DNA of 64,000 nt from Candidatus Bathyarchaeia archaeon (lineage in GTDB: Archaea > Thermoproteota > Bathyarchaeia > Bathyarchaeales > Bathycorpusculaceae): NCBI GenBank assembly GCA_049521795.1, contig JBEKOM010000011.1, positions 1 to 64,000 of the forward strand, written 5' to 3'. The notes beneath the pieces were generated by a model. That model did not search any database and was not told the DNA's origin. It saw only the letters and a list, made by a program, of their open reading frames with translations. Below, piece by piece: positions 59,871 through 64,000 of this stretch; within the stretch, counting starts at the first letter, position 1; each line of letters begins with the position of its first letter. The position numbers and the translations under genes are program-made.

Positions 59871-60740
59871 ATGGCCAAAAATAACAAGTCTAAGGATAAG
59901 GCCATTGACGATTGGCTTTCCAAGTCAACCTCAAACCTCAAGTCTGCCAAGATACTCTACGATGGCGGACAATGGGAGGATTGTTTGAGTCTTCTGCAAC
60001 AGAGCCATGAGAAACTGTTCAAAGCATTGCAGCTTTCCTTGGGAAGGATGACCCTGAAACAAACAAAGGCAGATTTGAGAGTACAGAAAATGTTGGGGTT
60101 TCTGCCAAGGGAACCACGAGCGTATAGGCACAGAACAACGATGCCTCTCATTTCTGACATGGAAACGGCTGCTCCGTTCATAGAAAACTTTTTGATGCGA
60201 ATGAAAGGTAGCGACTTAAGACCTCAAATTGAAGGCTTTATCGAAGGTGTTCGGAATAGTCGGAAGAGATTGCAGGAGCTGAAGAAGAAACCGTTTGGTC
60301 TAATCAAGACGACAGAGCAACTTGAGACAGAAGTCAAGGTGGCAGAAGACATTCTTAATTTGCTTGATCAACTTGAAACGGTGGCAAAGGAAACAGCTGC
60401 CAAGTTTGATACTGCGGAGCTCTTGCGCACCGCAGCTTCTGTGGCGAACAGTCTAGGGTACAAGGTAGACATGAGTGAAACCGTTTCCGTTGATGGCGTG
60501 ATAGCTGATGTTCTGCCAAGGATAAGAATCGCCGAACTTTCATCCCTCTCAGCTGGGCTAGGCACCTTTCTCGATCCCTTATTCAAAGTCACTCGCTACC
60601 CGGAAGAGCCGCATGAACCTTTCGACGAGAACAATCCATACATCAAGAATTTTATGGGCCTCTACGGTGTGTTGGATCGTATGCTCAAACAGAGCCGCGA
60701 GGCCGTGAAGAGTCCGTCAAACATCAATGCTGGCCGCTAA
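59871..60740 (+). CDS. HEPN domain protein with large insertion
   Basis: WLSKSTSNLKSAKILY...LQQSHEKLFKA (HEPN N-helices), TRYP near the C-terminus; ATG 59871 after GAGGT. Confidence 0.75.
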   Translation: MAKNNKSKDKAIDDWLSKSTSNLKSAKILYDGGQWEDCLSLLQQSHEKLFKALQLSLGRMTLKQTKADLRVQKMLGFLPREPRAYRHRTTMPLISDMETAAPFIENFLMRMKGSDLRPQIEGFIEGVRNSRKRLQELKKKPFGLIKTTEQLETEVKVAEDILNLLDQLETVAKETAAKFDTAELLRTAASVANSLGYKVDMSETVSVDGVIADVLPRIRIAELSSLSAGLGTFLDPLFKVTRYPEEPHEPFDENNPYIKNFMGLYGVLDRMLKQSREAVKSPSNINAGR

Positions 60741-60872
60741 AGCCCAGTCAACCTTGTTCTGAGGCAGCGTTTGGAGACTTCCAGAACCTCGCGGATCACT
60801 CAACACTTCGCCGCGCTCACATGACACAACATTCACGATGGCGCCGTCACTGAAGCGTTGTGATAAACGAAG

Positions 60873-61145
60873 TTACAGTCGCTTTATAATGTGACACCCA
60901 AACTTTGTCCTTACTATCGGCGACGTTTGACCCTTTTGGAGCCCAAACGCGGCTGTTTCGAACTCTTTAACCATCTTCCCTCTTGTGAAGGTCCCAAGGT
61001 CTCCACCACGTTTTCCTGAAGGGCACAGAGAGACCTCCCTTGCCACGTTCGAGAACTTTTCGCCCTTGTTCAGACGGTCCAGCACGGTCTTGGCTTCCTG
61101 CTCGGTCTTCACAAGAATGTGGGCACAATGAACCTTGTCTGACAT
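60873..61145 (-). CDS. Parvulin-type peptidyl-prolyl isomerase
   Basis: CAHILVK, SLCPS, GGDLG, MVKEFE, TKFGCHII. Confidence 0.95.
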   Translation of the reverse strand: MSDKVHCAHILVKTEQEAKTVLDRLNKGEKFSNVAREVSLCPSGKRGGDLGTFTRGKMVKEFETAAFGLQKGQTSPIVRTKFGCHIIKRL

Positions 61146-61473
61146 ACGCTAACTGTTCCATCATTGAACTTATTAACACTTCTTCAAAAAGGATCAGAAT
61201 ACCTGAAGATGGTCACTCTTGGTTTTGCGGAAAAGTTATAGCTGAGCCGAAGTGATGTACCGGCGCGCCTTGAATTAGACCAAAACATTGAAATTTCCAG
61301 TTGCTATTAGAAAGGTTGGACAATGAAGAAATCGAGGTACGAGTACGCTTTTGCGGATGACATCTTTTTCCGCTCCTGAGTCCAAAAAGACCTTTGCATG
61401 CTAAACTCCACCGCGCAGTGGAGGCTCTGAAAGCTAGATTCTGCGTACAAAGAAAGGGGATGGGGGAGAGCTG

Positions 61474-61692
61474 TTAACGTTCTGGAGATCCGCTGATGTA
61501 GGCCCAAATAGCCACTAGTGAAACTGTTAGCAAAGCTCCGGCGAGTCCTGACAACAGGTACCCTGCGCTGAGGAATGCAGGGAGCACTGCAGCGAGAGCT
61601 GGAATGGCATATGTGGCTGCGAGGTCTGCTATGACTCCTGCGAAGAATCCTAAGATTGCGATGAAGAGGAACATCTTTAGCCTTTCGCCCAT
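61474..61692 (-). CDS. Small two-TM membrane protein divergent from cdv genes
   Basis: Two hydrophobic helices; AGGTGA upstream. Confidence 0.7.
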   Translation of the reverse strand: MGERLKMFLFIAILGFFAGVIADLAATYAIPALAAVLPAFLSAGYLLSGLAGALLTVSLVAIWAYISGSPER

Positions 61693-61918
61693 TTTTTCAC
61701 CTTTTGCTTAGCTATTGAATTCAAGCCGCTTTTTAGTCTAACTTACACTTATTTGTCTATTCTCAGAAAAGCGGCAACATAGTCTTTTAGTTGGAAAATT
61801 AAAGGCCAAAACCGCTCTGACCGAGACGTATAGCTCCACATATATCCGCGCATATTGTCATCATGTTAACAATGCATAAGCTGGTTTTATGCGACTTCTG
61901 TTTTTGGAGGTAATTAAT

Positions 61919-62590
61919 TTGTCAGAAAGGTTTAGCAAGAAATGGGAATCGAGAAGAGAAGAACAACCGTTTCCGAACAAGCTCAAGGAGACAATACGGC
62001 CACCTGGTCCTCTGAAGCCGCGGCTAGACTTTGCTGTCCGACGCATTGAAATGCAAGTTCAGAAGCTCGATCAGGCCACAGACAGATTCGGTCAAAGAGA
62101 CAAGACGATCTTTGCGAGAATAGTTGACGCTTACACAAAACACGACACTGCTCGCGCAAATGTCTTCGCCAATGAGTTAGCAGAGATACGAAAAATGGAA
62201 AGGCTCATCATAAATGCCAGGCTCGCGCTCGAACAGATCGTGTTAAGATTACGCACTGTGTCAGAGCTAGGAGATGTCGTGTCCACACTGGGCCCAGCAG
62301 TCGGTGTCCTAAGATCAGTCAGAGCGGGACTCGTAAGCGTTTTTCCAGAGGCAGAGAACGAACTTGGCGAAATAGGCAACATGCTGAGCGGCATAATGAT
62401 GGAAGCTGGAACAAATTCAGGAATGACAATGGACTTCAACACGGTTAACGAAGACGCAGCCAAAATTCTCACAGAAGCCTCAACAGTCGCAGAGCAGAGA
62501 ATCAAAGAAAAGTTCCCAGACCTGCCACCAGGAATCCCAGGACTTCCAGCAGCCCCAATAGGCGAGAAATCTTCGACAGAGACCTCATAA
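61919..62590 (+). CDS. cdvB: ESCRT-III/Snf7 (CdvB-like) cell division protein
   Basis: ARANVFANELAEIRK, LEQIVLRLRTV, EAS..AEQRIKEKFPDLP; TTG start after GGAGGT. Confidence 0.9.
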   Translation: MSERFSKKWESRREEQPFPNKLKETIRPPGPLKPRLDFAVRRIEMQVQKLDQATDRFGQRDKTIFARIVDAYTKHDTARANVFANELAEIRKMERLIINARLALEQIVLRLRTVSELGDVVSTLGPAVGVLRSVRAGLVSVFPEAENELGEIGNMLSGIMMEAGTNSGMTMDFNTVNEDAAKILTEASTVAEQRIKEKFPDLPPGIPGLPAAPIGEKSSTETS

Positions 62591-62606
62591 ACAGGGGATG
62601 TAAACC

Positions 62607-63326
62607 ATGTCACAAAACCCCAACCTTTTTCTTTCCCTTGGAAAGCAAGTTAAAGACGAGTATGGATATGCAATAGGAAAGATTGCATCCTTTGCTGTCA
62701 CCCCAAGCGGGAAATTCGACTCCGTCTTCATCGAAGGTGGCGACGGAAGAATCTCGAAACACTCTTCTGAACTCCTCAAGCTGGAAGGTGCTAACGTAAC
62801 TCTAACATCTAACATAAAGGCTCAAGCGAGTATCCTGTGCGATCAGATCCCCCTCATCTGGCGCAAAGACCAAGCCCTCAAAGACTTGTCGGAAAAGAAG
62901 AAGATCTCCAAAGAGATGTACACTGAGCTGCACACCAGCTTCGACGGTGTACTAACCCAGCTTAAGACCGAAGCTCAAGCTCTCACGGAGGACATAGACA
63001 ATGAAATTGCAAGGTGCCTTGACGAAACGAAGGCCCTGAACTACGCATTCGTGCACCTCGAACTCGAACACGAGATAGGAAAATTGGACAACCAATCCTA
63101 TGAAACGGCCTTCGCACTCGTTCAGGAAAGCCTCAAGAGAGTCCACATGGAGAAAACCGACCTAGACCTCACGAGAGGCAAGCTGTCAAACATTCTCTTA
63201 GGCGATCAAGCCAAAAACAAGGGGATCGAAGGATCGAAAGCAGGGACTTCTGCTTCATCCTCTCCAGGGCTTCCAGAGCCGCCTGTAGTAGTCTACGTGA
63301 AGGAAATCGGAAAGACCGGCATTTAG
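62607..63326 (+). CDS. cdvA: CdvA-like protein
   Basis: PRC-barrel N-terminus (LGKQVKDEYGYAIGK), coiled coil, C-terminal EPPVVVYV strand; lies between two ESCRT-III genes. Confidence 0.85.
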   Translation: MSQNPNLFLSLGKQVKDEYGYAIGKIASFAVTPSGKFDSVFIEGGDGRISKHSSELLKLEGANVTLTSNIKAQASILCDQIPLIWRKDQALKDLSEKKKISKEMYTELHTSFDGVLTQLKTEAQALTEDIDNEIARCLDETKALNYAFVHLELEHEIGKLDNQSYETAFALVQESLKRVHMEKTDLDLTRGKLSNILLGDQAKNKGIEGSKAGTSASSSPGLPEPPVVVYVKEIGKTGI

Positions 63327-63361
63327 AATCGAAACAGGAAAGCGGCGGCGGAGGGAGAGCT

Positions 63362-64000
63362 ATCAAAAGTTTCATTCGTTCGCACCCTCCACCATTCCGC
63401 GAAATCGTTCTAAAGTCCGTTCAGACCTTGAGAATTGAGCAGGGCAAGCTTGGTCAAGCAGCTCACAGACTCAAAAACAGGCACGATATCCTCTTCCAAA
63501 CATGCGTCAGCGCATTGAAAAACAAGAACAGGGAAAGAGCCGCAATATGTGCAAACGAGATTTCTGAAGTTCGAAAAATCCTACAATTTCTCCACAGCGT
63601 AGAGCTGGCCATAGAACGTGTAGTGCTGAGACTTGAAACCGTAAAAGAGCTAAGCGATGTCATCGTCGACCTGAAACCAGCTTTGAGACTTCTCCAAGGT
63701 GTCTCGCAGGAGCTGATTTCGGTTCTTCCTGACGTCTCGTCTGAACTGTGCAGGGTCAACGATACTATTAGCGAGACGCTCTACTCGACCAAGATAACGA
63801 CTGATGAATCTGTGATACCCATGAATTGGAAAACACCTGCCGGTCAAGAGATAATGAATGAAGTCTCAAACTATCTTGAGAAGAAACTTGCTGAGGATCT
63901 TCCAGAACCGCCCGCCGCTCAGAAAATTGCGGATGCTGAGAAAACCACGATAAAAGAGATGGTTGCAATAGCTTCTGGCGTGACAGAGTCAGCAGGCAGG
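63362..64000 (+). CDS. Second ESCRT-III/Snf7 (CdvB-like) protein, 3' end beyond window
   Basis: Not in track. Manual translation: IKSFIRSHPPPFREIV...ERAAICANEISEVRK...IERVVLRLETV...LPEPP. Start is uncertain (ATC 63362 after GGAGG). Confidence 0.85.
   Translation, partial: MKSFIRSHPPPFREIVLKSVQTLRIEQGKLGQAAHRLKNRHDILFQTCVSALKNKNRERAAICANEISEVRKILQFLHSVELAIERVVLRLETVKELSDVIVDLKPALRLLQGVSQELISVLPDVSSELCRVNDTISETLYSTKITTDESVIPMNWKTPAGQEIMNEVSNYLEKKLAEDLPEPPAAQKIADAEKTTIKEMVAIASGVTESAGR

Noticed and set aside
1-64000. Transposase, integrase, tRNA or rRNA
   Set aside because: None recognised by motif; tRNAscan/Infernal would be needed to exclude small RNAs.

Overview
Archaeal genomic window, most likely Bathyarchaeia/TACK (CdvA plus two ESCRT-III/CdvB genes, split GMP synthase, DUF1616-type genes, dockerin-tailed protein; the taxonomy is inferred). 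Left part (about 1-37 kb) is an accessory surface-glycosylation island. It holds GT4/GT2 transferases, a WbpB/E/D-like amino-sugar trio, a 4,6-dehydratase with an RmlD-like reductase and N-acetyl-sugar amidotransferase, a kinase/nucleotidyltransferase/methyltransferase module, a BshC-like protein with a PIG-L deacetylase, and a GH5. The island is bracketed by two inverted paralogous [wHTH + secreted protein] cassettes and contains three copies of an unknown ~63-aa DECDEEW peptide. Right part is mostly core metabolism: metal ABC/NikR, a GDH with an unusual N-terminal repeat, an Lrp pair, AOR, a TfrAB-like fumarate reductase, a P-type ATPase, GMP synthase, parvulin and cdvB-cdvA-cdvB. The strongest unexplained signal is an iterated palindrome, (A)GCGCGCGC(T), seen at 14 loci in the first 38 kb. 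It sits at duplication, truncation and insertion junctions. No rRNA, tRNA, CRISPR array or transposase was recognised.
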